The notes beneath the pieces are model-generated. The model worked only from the letters and a program-made list of their open reading frames with translations, ran no database searches and was not told the DNA's origin. DNA of 64,000 bases from an uncultured Planctomycetota bacterium (GTDB lineage Bacteria; Planctomycetota; Planctomycetia; Isosphaerales; Isosphaeraceae), in the NCBI GenBank assembly GCA_963737655.1, contig CAVTTN010000002.1:7072001-7136000 (forward strand). Direction: 5' to 3'. Positions within the stretch are counted from its first letter, which is position 1, and every line of letters begins with the position of its first letter. This document shows positions 21,643 to 32,558 of this stretch, in pieces. The position numbers and the translations under genes were made by a program.

Positions 21643-22970
21643 CCGCGCACCCCTCTCGGCGTGACGGACTCGATCATCGCGTGAAAGGCGCCCTCCACGA
21701 CCGCCCGGATGTCCGACCCGATCGAGTCCACGTCCCCGAACTCGGCGAAGGCCCAGTTGAAGTGGACGAACCGCGTGGACCCGGTCGCGTTGTAGGGGTC
21801 CAGCAGGGCCTTGATCGGCGCTCGCCGAGGAACCTCTGCGTGATCCCGGTCACGATCCGGTTGCAGGCCATGTCGGCGAGCTCCTGGTACATCAGGAGGG
21901 CCGGGTAGGTGTCCCCCTTGCAGACGAGGTGGCCCTCGTCGAGCCACGGCCGGGCGACCCGCTTGAGCTGGCCGAAGAGGCGGAACTTCGAGTCCGGCAG
22001 GCGCCGGGTCAGGTGGAACAGGAGCGTCGAGGGCCGCATGTCGCCGAGGTGGGCCAGCGAGAGGTCGACCCCCTCGCCGATGATCCCCGAGTTCCGGGTG
22101 ATCGAGGGGCCGACGAGGTCGGGGCTGAGGACGCCGGCGTACTCCGCGTTGAAGAGGCCCTCCTCGTTCAGGTCATAGGAATGCCGGCGCAGGGCGCGGC
22201 CGATGACCTGCCCGCACAGGAGCTGCGTGCCGAAGGCCCGGACGCCCAGGACGTGGGTGACGGTGTTCGCGTCCCAGCCCTCGGTGAGCATGGAGACCGA
22301 GACCACGCACCGGATCGAGCCGCCGAGCTGCCCCTCCTTGCCGACGGTGTTCATGACCTCGCGGAGCAATTCCTGGTCGGTGATGCTCTCGGCCGTGCGG
22401 GCGTCGCCGGAGCGCTCGACGATCTCGCGCCGGAACCGCTCGATCTCGTCGGCGGCCATCGAGCGGAAGTTGTCGTCCAGAGCGTCGCCGGCCTCCAGTT
22501 GCTCGTTGTCGATCCGGAGGGTGTTGGGCCTCGGGAGGGGGTTGCCGGTGGCCTCGTCGAAGTTGCGGAACAGCGGGAGCCGGCCGTTCTCCAGGGTCGT
22601 CGTCGCGTCCTCATTCTTGCGGGGGAATGCCGAGATGAAGTCGTAGACGAGCTTGGAGATCGCCGCGTTCTCGCAGAGGACGATGAAGCAGGGAGGGACG
22701 AGGACGCGGAGGCGGTCCTTGATGGTCAGGCCGGGGGCGACGACGAGGAAGCCCCGCGTGAAATCCTTGCTGCCTGGCCGCCGGACGGCGTTGACCGTCT
22801 GCCGGGCGATGAGCATGGCCATGACGGTCGTCTTGCCGGCGCCGGTGGCGAGCTTCAGGGCGAGCCGAAGGAGGCCGGGGTTGGCGTCCTGGCCGGCCCT
22901 CTCCAGGTGGTCAAGGACCTCCTTGCCGGCCTTGAGGTGCGGGGCGACCTCGGCGAGCCAGATGGCCGTC
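21639..22970 (-). pseudogene. res: Type III R-M restriction subunit remnant with internal deletions and a frameshift
   Basis: LALKLATGAGKTT (Walker A), SVSMLTEGWDA and QVIGRALRR are present; no DExH motif; the nuclease region has collapsed to FVHFN/WAFAEF. Confidence 0.8.
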
Positions 22971-23172
22971 GACGAGTGCCGCCGGCATTGCCTCCGCCGC
23001 CCCGTCCGCGGCGAGGCGACCTACGGCGGCCCGCCGGGGCGTTCGGCCCCCGCCTCTGGGCGGCCCCGGGCCCGCCGGCCGGGCCGATCGCCCGAGCGAG
23101 CGGCAGGTCCAGCGCCTCGATCGGAACCCGATCGGCCTGCGGATCGCCGTGGGCGCGGGCAGAGCGGGATGA

Positions 23173-23373
23173 TCAGGACCTCTTCCTGGGCTCCAGGACC
23201 CCCGTCAGCTCCCACCTCAGCCGGTGCAGCTGCACCGGGGTCATCCAGCGGCGGAAGACCGAGTGCCGCATCCTCTGGCTCGACCACACCAGGATCCCCG
23301 TACACCGCCTCGGGCGGCCCCGGTACGCGAACCGGGACGGAGCCTTGCTGTCGCCTCCGAGGCCCCTGGTCAT
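23173..23373 (-). CDS. Small basic hypothetical protein (66 aa)
   Basis: MTRGLGGDSK..LEPRKRS; almost all third codon positions are G/C. Confidence 0.35.
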   Translation of the reverse strand: MTRGLGGDSKAPSRFAYRGRPRRCTGILVWSSQRMRHSVFRRWMTPVQLHRLRWELTGVLEPRKRS

Positions 23374-23611
23374 GCTCGTCGCCCAGGGCGTCCGGCCGAC
23401 TGCCGGCGCGTCGCCACGGGGCTGTTTCAGATTCCGGCATGAACATTGCGGCCGGTCGGTGGATGGCACGGGAGATCCGGCCGTCGGCCTACGCCCGGCC
23501 CCCTCCCGGGTCTGGGGCCGCGAGCCTTCGCCCATGGCGATCCGGGCGCCCCCGGATCGAGGCCGTGAGGAACGGCCGCGATTCGCCGTCGCCATCCCCT
23601 GGGGAAGCCTC

Positions 23612-24019
23612 ATGCTCGAGACCGTCGCGACCGCCGACCGATCGCCCGAGGCTCCGACTCCGACCGCGCAGAGCGGCCTCGCCCGGAGGATCCTCGTCGG
23701 CTCGGCGGTGGCCCTGCTCGTGATGGTCATGACCTCGCCGCTCCGCCCGTCTCACCTCGGCACACCGTCCCGGTCGTTCGGCATCCGGCGCAACTTCGCA
23801 ACGCCGAGGATCGCGTTCAAGGCGCGCGACATGGCGTCTCGGGTCTCTTGGTCGGCGGGAGTCCAGGCGATCTGTCTGGGGAATCCTCCGGGGCGGAGGG
23901 GCCGTCGCGAGGGCAGGGCGTCCGGCCTCCTCCCCGCCGTCCGCCCGGGTCGCCCGGCCGTTGGGCCGGGGCAGACGGGGCCGGGGACGACGCCTTCGGT
24001 GGTCCCCCTCCGCTGCTGA
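23612..24019 (+). CDS. Small membrane-anchored protein ending in PLRC, upstream of RND permease 3
   Basis: Hydrophobic segment ILVGSAVALLVMVM and C-terminal VVPLRC; an internal indel is possible. Confidence 0.45.
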   Translation: MLETVATADRSPEAPTPTAQSGLARRILVGSAVALLVMVMTSPLRPSHLGTPSRSFGIRRNFATPRIAFKARDMASRVSWSAGVQAICLGNPPGRRGRREGRASGLLPAVRPGRPAVGPGQTGPGTTPSVVPLRC

Positions 24020-24228
24020 GGGCGGCTGGGCCCGCGTCGCGGCGGGCCGATCCCGAGATCCCCCCGTCGGCTCGCGGATGCGGACGCGCGTCGCCCGCCG
24101 CCGCGGGACGCGATCGGATGCGGGAGAGGAGCGATTCGGCACGCGCCGACGCTCGCCCGGCGCGGTCTCGCGCCTCGGAATGATCGTGTGAGCTCGCCGA
24201 ATCCTGGTTGCCCAGAGGGGGATTGACC

Positions 24229-27200
24229 GTGGCGTCCGAACCGAAGTCGAAGTCGTCTTCCGCGAACCCGACGGTCCTGGCGATGGACCACCCGATCACC
24301 CTCCTGATGCTCGTCCTGGCCCTCTTGAGCCTCGGCGGCCTGGCGTACCAGAAGATGAGGGTGGACATCTTCCCGTCGCTCAACACGCCGAAGATCTACG
24401 TCTTCTTCGACTTCATCGGGATGAGCCCCGACCAGGTCGAGGGGTTCATCGTCAACGAGCTGGAGCTGTACTTCCAGTATGTCGACGGGATCAAGGACAT
24501 CAAGTCGAGGAACATCCAGCAGGTCGGCCTGGTCGAGCTCTCGTTCTTCAACGACACCGAGATGGGCCAGGCCGTCGCCGAGGTCGTGGCGATGTCCGAC
24601 CGCGCGATGGCCTGGATGCCCCCGGGGCCCTCCCCCCCATGATCATGAGGATGGACGCCGGGAGCGTCCCCATCGGCTACCTCGTCTTCACCAGCGAGGG
24701 GGACAAGACCTCGCTCGGGGCGATGGGGGACCTGGCGCAGAACATCGTCCGGCCCCTCGTGCAGAAGAACGTCCCCGGCACGGTCGCGATCTCGCCGTTC
24801 GGCCCGAACATGCGTTCGATCATCATCAATGTCGATCCCAACAAGCTCCTCCAGTACAACCTGAACCCCCAGAACGTCGTCGATGCCCTGAAGACGGGCA
24901 ACGTGGTGATCCCATCGGGGAATATCTATGTGAAGGATTCGATGCCGATCGTCCACAACAACGCCACGGTGGTCGACATCCGCCGCCTCGGGGACATCCC
25001 CCTGAGGCTGGGCGACAACGTGTACATCCGCGACATCGCGACGATCCAGGACGACACGGACATCACCTACGGCTATGCGCTGGTCAACGGCAAGAAGGCC
25101 ATCCACCTGCCGATCATCAAGAAGGACACGGGCTCGACCCTGACGGTCGTCGCCGACGTCCACAAGGCGCTGCCCATGTTCCGGGCGGCCGTCCCGCCGG
25201 ACGTGAAGATCACCTTCGAGTTCGACGAGTCGCCGACGGTCGTCCACGCGGTCGAGTCGGTCGCGACCGAGGGGGCCATCGGGGCCGGGCTGACGGGGCT
25301 GATGATCCTCCTGTTCCTGGGCGATTGGAGGAGCGTCCTGGTGGTCGTCTGCAACATCCCGCTGGCTTTGACCGGCTCCCTGTTCGGACTCTGGGTCACG
25401 GGCAACACGATCAACATCATGTCGCTGGGCGGGATGGCCCTGGCGATCGGCATTCTCGTGGACGAGGCGACGGTCACGATCGAGAACACGCACGTCCAGA
25501 TGGAGACGACCCGGAGCGTCGCCTCGGCCGTGCTCAAGGCCGCCAACGCCACGGCGGTGCCTCGCCTGCTGGCCCTCCTGTGCATCCTGTCGGTGTTCAT
25601 ACCGGCGTTCATCATGGAGGACCCCCTGCGGTCCCTGTTCATGCCGCTGACCCTCGGCGTGGGCTTCGCGATGATCTCCTCGTACCTGCTTTCGAGCACG
25701 TTCGTGCCGATCATGAGCGTCTACCTCCTCAAGCCCGAGAAGAAGGAGGACGGGGCCGGGGCGGACCGGGAGGAGGCGAAGCCCGGGCTCTTCGAGAGGG
25801 TCAACCGGGCCTATCACAAGGCCGTCGAGTGGTTCATCGCGCTGAAGTGGGTGGTCGTCCCGGCGTACCTGGCGGCGTGCGTGGCGGTCCTGGCGGTGCT
25901 GGGCCTCCAGCTCGGGAGGGAGCTGTTCCCGAGGATCGACTCCGGCGAATTCGTCCTCCGCTTCCGCCCTCCTCCGGGTTCCAGCTACGAGCTGACCCGC
26001 GAGATGGGCATGAAGTGCCTCCAGGAGATCGAGGACGAGGCCGGGACGAAGAACGTCGAGATCACCATGGGGTTCGTCGGCCAGGTCGCCCCGAACTTCG
26101 GGATCGACAACATGGTCCTGTTCATGCGCGGGCCCGACGATGGATGGCTCCGGGTCAAGCTGAACCCGGACAGCGGGATCAAGCTCGACGAGTTCCGGGA
26201 GAAGCTCCGCAAGGTCCTGCCCGAGAGGGTCCTCCCCTGGCTGGCCAATCGCCTGGCGACGGGCGGGGGCGATGGCGGGACGCCCTTGGCCGAGGCGAGG
26301 GAGCAGGCCGAGAAGTCCACCTTCGGCTTCGAGCCCGGCGACATCGTCAGCCAGGTCATGAGCTTCGGCGCCTCCAAGCCGATTGCGGTCCGGGTGATCG
26401 GGACCGACTACGACAAGGTCCGCAGCCACGCCGAGGCGATCGCCGCCAAGCTGAAGGAGAATCCCCACCTCCGCGACGTCGGGTTCGAGCAGACCCTGGA
26501 TTATCCCACGGTCGAGGTCGAGATCGACCGCGAGATGGCCGGGCTGATCGGCGTGACGCCCGAGCACGTGAAGAGGGCCCTGGTCATGGCCACCGCCTCC
26601 ACCCGGTTCACCAACCTCAATTACTGGATCAACGACAAGACGGGCTTCGATTACCTCGTGCAGATCCAGGTGCCCCCCCTGCGGATGAGCAAGCCGTCGG
26701 ACCTGGAGGAATTGCCTTTGGAATCGGTCAACCCCGACGTCCCCCTGATGGTCCGCGACGTCCTGAAGGACGGCCAGGTCCACACGAGCAGCCGGCCGGG
26801 GGAGTACGACCGGGACATGTCCCAGCGCTTCCTGACGGTGGTCGCCAACGTCGAGGGAGAAGACCTCGGCCGAGCCGCGACGCAGGTGCGGAAGGCCGTG
26901 AAGGAGGTCGGCGACCCTCCCCGAGGGGTCCGGGTCGAGGAGCAGGGTTCCTTGCCGCCGATGACGGAGATGTTCCGCACCCTGGGGATCGGCATGGGCG
27001 TGGCGGTATTCGTGATCCTGGTCCTCCTCACGGCGTACTTCCAATCCCCGAGGCTGGCGTTGATCTCCATCGGCGCCGTGCCCGGGGTGATCGCGGGGAT
27101 CGCCACGATTTTGCTCGTCACCGGGACGACGCTGAACATCGAGTCGTTCATGGGCTCGATCATGTGCCTGGGCGTGTCGGTGTCGAACTCGGTGATGATG

Positions 27201-27575
27201 GTCACGTTCATGGACGAGCACTGGCAGGCGGGCAAGACCTCCGCGGAGGCGGCCCTCCTGGGCGCCAGCGAGAGGCTCCGGCCGATCCTGATGACGGCCT
27301 GCGCCATGACCGTGGGCATGGTGCCGATGGCCCTGGCCCTGGAGAAGGGCAGCCAGATGGAGGCCCCGCTCGGCCGGGCGGTGATCGGCGGCCTGGTGAT
27401 GTCCACGTTCGCGACCTTGATGGTGCTCCCGTCGATCTTCGCCCTGGTGATCGGCGGCAAGACCCCCTCCTCGCCCTCGCTGTACCCGGGCAACCCGGCC
27501 AGCTCGCATTACGACCCGGATTTGCTCGCCGACGAGGCGTCGGATGAGCCGAACGAGGACGGACAGGACTCCTGA
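24229..27575 (+). CDS. RND permease 3 (AcrB/AcrD/AcrF superfamily, NolG-like), frameshift in the C-run at ~24630-24640
   Basis: GTG start after AGAGGGGG; RVDIFPSLNTP, GILVDEATVTIEN, GVSVSNSV and RLRPILMT motifs. Confidence 0.88.
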
Positions 27576-27619
27576 GCGATCCGCCCGGGACCGAACCACC
27601 CATTTCGAGGAGACGACCC

Positions 27620-29098
27620 TTGCCACCCGTCACTCGTTCCGAAGCCCGGCCCCGACGCGACCGCCGCCCCCGCGCGTGGGCCGGCCTGATCGCCGTGCTG
27701 GCGGCGTCGGGATGCTCGGAGGAGACGAAGGTCGCCCCGAGCGTCTCCGAGCCCCCGGAGCTCCGGGTGATGCACCCTCAGCTCCGGACGATCGTCCGGG
27801 TCGTCGGGCAGCCGAGCTTCGTCCAGAGTTATGAGCGGACGTCGATCTACCCCAAGATGACGGCCTACATCGAGAAGTGGAACGTGGACATCGGGGACAA
27901 GGTCCGCAAGGGGGACGTCCTGGCGGAGCTCTTCGTCCCCGAGCTCGAGGAGCTTTACGGGACGAAGAAGGCGACCGTCGAGTACGACAAGGAGCAGGTC
28001 CGGCTCGCGCAGAAGGACGTGGAGGTGGCCTCGGCCGACGTCAAGGCGGCCCGGGCGCACCTGGACGAGGCGAAGGCGATCCTGGGGAAGTACCAGGCCG
28101 AGGTCGAGCGCTGGATGGTCCAGGTGGACCGGCTCGCCAAGGAGGTCGAGCGCCAGGTGATCGCCCCCCAGATCCTCCTGGAATCGCAGAACGAGCTGAA
28201 GGCCGACGTCGCCGCCCGGGACGCCGCCAAGGCGACGATCGAGAAGGCCGCCGCCGACCTCCAGGCCGACGAGGCCCGGCTCGCCCGCGCCGAGGTCCGC
28301 GTGGCCGCGACGAAGGCCGAGCTCTCCGTGGCCGAGAGCGAGGCCCGGAGGCTGGAGGCCCAGGTCGGCTACCTGAAGCTGTTCGCCCCGTTCGACGGCA
28401 TCGTCGTGGCCCGGAACGCCAACACCTGGGACTTCGTCCTGCCCAAGACGGGCGACCCGACCGCCCAGGACCGCTCCCCCGACCTCTCGCCCGGCGGCCA
28501 GGCCGCGCCGATCTACGTGATCGACCGCACGGACATCATCCGGATCTACGTGGACATCCCCGAGAGGGACGCCAACTACGTCCACATCGGCTCGGAGGCC
28601 CGGGTGAAGGTCTGGGCCTACAAGGACGAGTGGCTCCCCGCCTCGGTCACCCGGATCTCCTGGGCCCTGAACACCCGGAGCCGGACGATGAGGGCCGAGA
28701 TCGACCTGCCCAACCCGAACGCACAGATCCTGCCGGCCATGTACGCCTACGGCAAGGTCGTCGTCGAGCGCCCGGCGGTCCGGGCCGTGCCCAAGGGCGC
28801 GATCACCAGCGCCGGGGGCAAGTCGTTCCTCTGGCTCTACGACGCGGGCCGGGCCGAGCGCACCGAGGTCCAGACCGGGGTTGTCGAAGGGGAGTGGATC
28901 CAGGTCACCAACCGCCGGGTCCCCTCGAAGGACCCGAACGACGAGGAGTTCGTCCCGATCGACGGGGAGGAAGAGGTCCTGGTCGGCAGCAAGCTCTCGG
29001 TCCTGACTGAGGGAGCCCAGGTCCGGCTCTCCAACGGCCCGGCCTCGGCCGGGGTGGCCCTGTCCGACGAGGCCCCCGGGCGGCCCGGGAAAGACTAA
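27620..29098 (+). CDS. RND membrane-fusion protein (probable lipoprotein)
   Basis: LAASGC lipobox-like segment, VDIGDKVRKGDVL, long coiled coil, LFAPFDGIV and RTMRAEIDLPN; start uncertain. Confidence 0.88.
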   Translation: MPPVTRSEARPRRDRRPRAWAGLIAVLAASGCSEETKVAPSVSEPPELRVMHPQLRTIVRVVGQPSFVQSYERTSIYPKMTAYIEKWNVDIGDKVRKGDVLAELFVPELEELYGTKKATVEYDKEQVRLAQKDVEVASADVKAARAHLDEAKAILGKYQAEVERWMVQVDRLAKEVERQVIAPQILLESQNELKADVAARDAAKATIEKAAADLQADEARLARAEVRVAATKAELSVAESEARRLEAQVGYLKLFAPFDGIVVARNANTWDFVLPKTGDPTAQDRSPDLSPGGQAAPIYVIDRTDIIRIYVDIPERDANYVHIGSEARVKVWAYKDEWLPASVTRISWALNTRSRTMRAEIDLPNPNAQILPAMYAYGKVVVERPAVRAVPKGAITSAGGKSFLWLYDAGRAERTEVQTGVVEGEWIQVTNRRVPSKDPNDEEFVPIDGEEEVLVGSKLSVLTEGAQVRLSNGPASAGVALSDEAPGRPGKD

Positions 29099-29333
29099 AT
29101 TCGTCAACACCCTCGGCCGCCAACGCCCCACCGGCCGAATTTGGAAGGAGACACGTCATGGGATCGCCAGTGCGAGACGAACGTGACCGCAGCGAAGATT
29201 CCCGGCGCGAGGACACCCCGGGGCTCGAAGCGGACGGCCGGGCGGATGGCCCTCAGGTCGTCGGGACGTATGACCGCTCCGTCGCCTCGGCCCCGAGCAC
29301 CGAATCGACCTCGGTTCGTTCCCCGATCGGAGC

Positions 29334-30665
29334 ATGGTCATCGAAACCGACACGATCCACGAGCCCCGAGACGGCCGGCCCGGCAACCTCCTGCTGGTCC
29401 CGGTCGAGATCGAGGGCCGCCCAGACTCCCCGGAGGGGGGGGCCCGGCGCGAGGACCAGTCGCCCGACCGCGACGGGAAGGACGACGCGAGGCCCGGGAA
29501 GCTCGAACATTCCGACGAACGCCCCCCCCTGCGGCGCCGCCTGCTGATCCCCGGCCTCGTGGGGCTGGCCTGCGGGATCGGCGGGGCGTGGGGGTATTCC
29601 CATTTCTTCGGGTCGGACAAGAAGGACGACAAGGGGGGGGCGAAGTCGTCCTCGAACTCGGGGAAGGACTCCGGGTCGGGCGGGGATTCGGGGTCGGGCA
29701 AGGGTTCGCAGTCGGGCAAGGGCTCCAACCCGGGCCGCGGGCCGGTGGCCGGCAAGGGCGGCGATTCGTCCGACGACGGCAAGGCCCTCGAGGATGAGAA
29801 GGAGGAGAGGCAGGCGTGGATCACCGCCATGAACGAGCTGAAGCACGCCCGGGACGCCGAGAAGAAGGCCAGCGACTCGGCCGACGAGTCGAAGGCGGTC
29901 CTGGAGTTCCTCAAGTCCACGCTCCTCTCGGCCGGGAGGCCGGGAGGCCCGTCGCTCTCCGGCGCGTTCTGGGCCGGGGGGCAGGGCCAGGACGTGACGC
30001 TCCGCAAGGCGGTGGACGCGGCCGAGTCGAAGGCCGGCGAGGTCTTCGCCAATCGCCCCCTGGCCGAGGCCTCGGTCCGCGAGACCCTGGGCCTCGCCTA
30101 CATGAACCTGGGCGACCCCGAGCAGTCGGTCAAGCAGTACCGGCAGGCTTTGGCACTCCGGCAGGCTACCCAGGGGTTCGATTCCCCCGAGACGGCCACC
30201 TGCCGCAACCAACTGGCCGTCGCGTACCGGGTGGCCGGGCATCCGGATGAAGGGGGCCGGCTGTTCGAGCGTTCCCCCCGGTCGCTCTCGGAGGCCGACG
30301 CCCTGGCCGAGAGAGGGGCTAGCCTCCTCCTCCAGGGCAAGCCCGCGGAGGCGGAGTTGAAGCTCCGGCAGAGCCTGGAGGTCCGCCGCAAGGTCCGGCC
30401 CGACGGCTGGGCGACCTTCGACGCGGAATCCGAGCTCGGCGAGGCCCTCCTCGACCAGAAGAAATACGCCGAGGCCGAGCCCCTGCTGACCTCCGGCTAC
30501 GAGGGCCTGAAGCGGCACGAGGCCGACATCCCGCCCGACGACCGCCCCCGGGTCGCCCGGGCCCTGCAACGCCTGGTGAAACTCTACCGCGCCTGGGGCC
30601 GCCCGGACGAGGCGAAGCGGTGGCAAGAGGCGCTCGTGGCGACCCCCGGCACGACGTCGAAATAG
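29334..30665 (+). CDS. Membrane-anchored TPR protein resembling the C-terminal part of planctomycete Ser/Thr kinases but with no kinase domain; may start at ATG 29158 via an indel
   Basis: TM segment, G/S/K linker, ETLGLAYMNLG, LGEALLDQKKYAEAEPLL and LVKLYRAWGRPDEAKRW; strong RBS before 29158. Confidence 0.75.
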   Translation: MVIETDTIHEPRDGRPGNLLLVPVEIEGRPDSPEGGARREDQSPDRDGKDDARPGKLEHSDERPPLRRRLLIPGLVGLACGIGGAWGYSHFFGSDKKDDKGGAKSSSNSGKDSGSGGDSGSGKGSQSGKGSNPGRGPVAGKGGDSSDDGKALEDEKEERQAWITAMNELKHARDAEKKASDSADESKAVLEFLKSTLLSAGRPGGPSLSGAFWAGGQGQDVTLRKAVDAAESKAGEVFANRPLAEASVRETLGLAYMNLGDPEQSVKQYRQALALRQATQGFDSPETATCRNQLAVAYRVAGHPDEGGRLFERSPRSLSEADALAERGASLLLQGKPAEAELKLRQSLEVRRKVRPDGWATFDAESELGEALLDQKKYAEAEPLLTSGYEGLKRHEADIPPDDRPRVARALQRLVKLYRAWGRPDEAKRWQEALVATPGTTSK

Positions 30666-30700
30666 ATTTATCATATCTAAATTAAATCAATGTCAAGGCC
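30661..30700. promoter_or_regulatory. AT-rich patch with palindrome TAGAT-N7-ATCTA upstream of TolC 1
   Basis: AATAGATTTATCATATCTAAATTAAATCAAT in an otherwise very GC-rich context. Confidence 0.45.
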
Positions 30701-30811
30701 GCTTCGATTGAACCCGGAAGCGCGGAAGGCCGATCATAAGCGTGAGCTGGGCCGCTTCCGGGGCAGGATGCCCCCGGCGGCCCGGAGCCCTCTCCAGGGA
30801 GGCGGACCGCC

Positions 30812-32464
30812 ATGAGGACGCTGGCGGACCTCGCGAGGATGGCGGTCCCGGGCCTGCTGCTGGCGCCGGCCCTGGCCGCCCCGTGCTCGGCCCAGGACAC
30901 CGGATTCCCCCTCCGCTCGCCCGAGGCGCCCTGCGCCTCGTCGCTGCCGCCGGCCCTCCCGGGCCGCGAGCCGGGGGCGCCTCCCGAAGTACGGCCCTCC
31001 CCGCTGTCGGACCGCCCGGCCCTGCCGGCGTCTCCGACCGAGCCCGAGGAGATCCGCCTGCCGATCAACCTCGCCGCCGCGCTGAAGCTCTCCGACGCCC
31101 GACCCCTGGTCGTGGCCACGGCGCAGGCCCGGGTCTGGATCGCCGAGGCCGAGCTCACCCGCGCGAAGGTCCTGTGGGTGCCGATGCTCAACATCGGCTT
31201 CGACTACATCCGCCACGACGGCGGGGGCCCCGACTTCAACCGGGGCATCATGACCAACCCGAGCACGAACTTCTTCTACGGGGGGGCCGGCCTCTACGGA
31301 CCGCCCCTCGGGACGATCGACACCACCAACGCGATCTTCATGCCCCTGGCGGCGCGACGGAACCTTGACTCGCAGCACTATCAGATCCAGGCGGCGAAGA
31401 ACGACGCGTTGATGGAGACGGCCGACGCGTACTTCGCGGTCCACCGGGCGCGGGGGACGTACGCCGCGGCGCTGTACACCGTCGGCCGGGCGCGCTCGGT
31501 GGCCCAGCGGATCGCCGGTCTGAGCCGGGACCTGGCGCAGCCGTTCGAGGTGGACCGGGCGAGGAACATGCTGGCGGACCTGGAGCAGCAGGCGGTCTCG
31601 GCGCGCCAGGACTGGCGGGTGGACAGCGCGCGGCTGACGCGGGTGCTGCGGCTGGACCCCCGGGCGGTGGTCGAGCCGCTGGAGCGCGACCACCTGCAGG
31701 TGACGCTGGTCGACCCGTCGCGGCGGCTCGACGAGCTGATGGCCGTCGCCCTGGACAACCGCCCCGAGATCCGGGCGCGAGGCGCCGAGGTCTCGGCGGC
31801 CGAGATCAACATCCGCCGCGAGAAGGCCCGGCCGTTCATCCCGGGCATCGTGGTCAACGGGTTCCAGACCCCGTTCGAGATGATCCAGGGCGGGATCTTC
31901 GGCCTCGGCCAGAACAAGAGCCTGAACCAGTGGCGGGGCCGGGACGACATCAGCATCCAGCCGCTCTGGCAGCTCGACAGCCTCTATCTCGGCAACCTCG
32001 CCCGGATCAAGGAGGCCAGGGGGTATCAGTCCCTCTCGATCATCGAGCTGTACAACGCGCAGGACATGGTGGCGGAGGAGGTGGCGCAGGCGCACGCCCG
32101 GGCGCAGTCGTCGGCGGCGAGGCTGGTCCAGGCCGACCGGGCGCTGCGCACGGGGGTGGTGACGCTCAACGGCACGGTCGAGGGGCTGGAGCAGACGGTG
32201 CGTCTGGGGGGGGACGTGCTGACGCTGGCGTCGCGTCCCCAGGAGGCGGTCTACGCGCTGCAGTTGCTGATGCGGGCGTTCACGGAGTACTTCGCCACGG
32301 TCGCCGAGTACAACCGGTCGCAGTTCGCGCTGTACCGGGCGCTGGGCTACCCGGCGCAGGAGCTGAGCGTGTCGAGGCCGCCGGGCGAGGCGTCGCCGAC
32401 GCGGCTGGGCCGTCCGGGCTACCTGCCGCCGGTCGGCAACGGGCCCCCGCCCGCCACCCGATGA
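30812..32464 (+). CDS. TolC-family outer-membrane efflux protein 1
   Basis: Signal peptide; LPINLAAALKL, ALDNRPEI and EYNRSQFALYRALG; RND context. Confidence 0.85.
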   Translation: MRTLADLARMAVPGLLLAPALAAPCSAQDTGFPLRSPEAPCASSLPPALPGREPGAPPEVRPSPLSDRPALPASPTEPEEIRLPINLAAALKLSDARPLVVATAQARVWIAEAELTRAKVLWVPMLNIGFDYIRHDGGGPDFNRGIMTNPSTNFFYGGAGLYGPPLGTIDTTNAIFMPLAARRNLDSQHYQIQAAKNDALMETADAYFAVHRARGTYAAALYTVGRARSVAQRIAGLSRDLAQPFEVDRARNMLADLEQQAVSARQDWRVDSARLTRVLRLDPRAVVEPLERDHLQVTLVDPSRRLDELMAVALDNRPEIRARGAEVSAAEINIRREKARPFIPGIVVNGFQTPFEMIQGGIFGLGQNKSLNQWRGRDDISIQPLWQLDSLYLGNLARIKEARGYQSLSIIELYNAQDMVAEEVAQAHARAQSSAARLVQADRALRTGVVTLNGTVEGLEQTVRLGGDVLTLASRPQEAVYALQLLMRAFTEYFATVAEYNRSQFALYRALGYPAQELSVSRPPGEASPTRLGRPGYLPPVGNGPPPATR

Positions 32465-32558
32465 GCGGCGCGAGGCCAGACGGTCCGCCCCCGCAAGGGG
32501 CGGTGCCCCCGTGGTCGCCCTCGTGTGGGGGCGACCGCCAGGAAGGAGCCGGAATCGG

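Noticed and set aside
3841..24640. Programmed frameshifting or phase variation in RND genes
   Set aside because: The homopolymers are short and similar shifts affect unrelated genes across the window; sequencing error is simpler.
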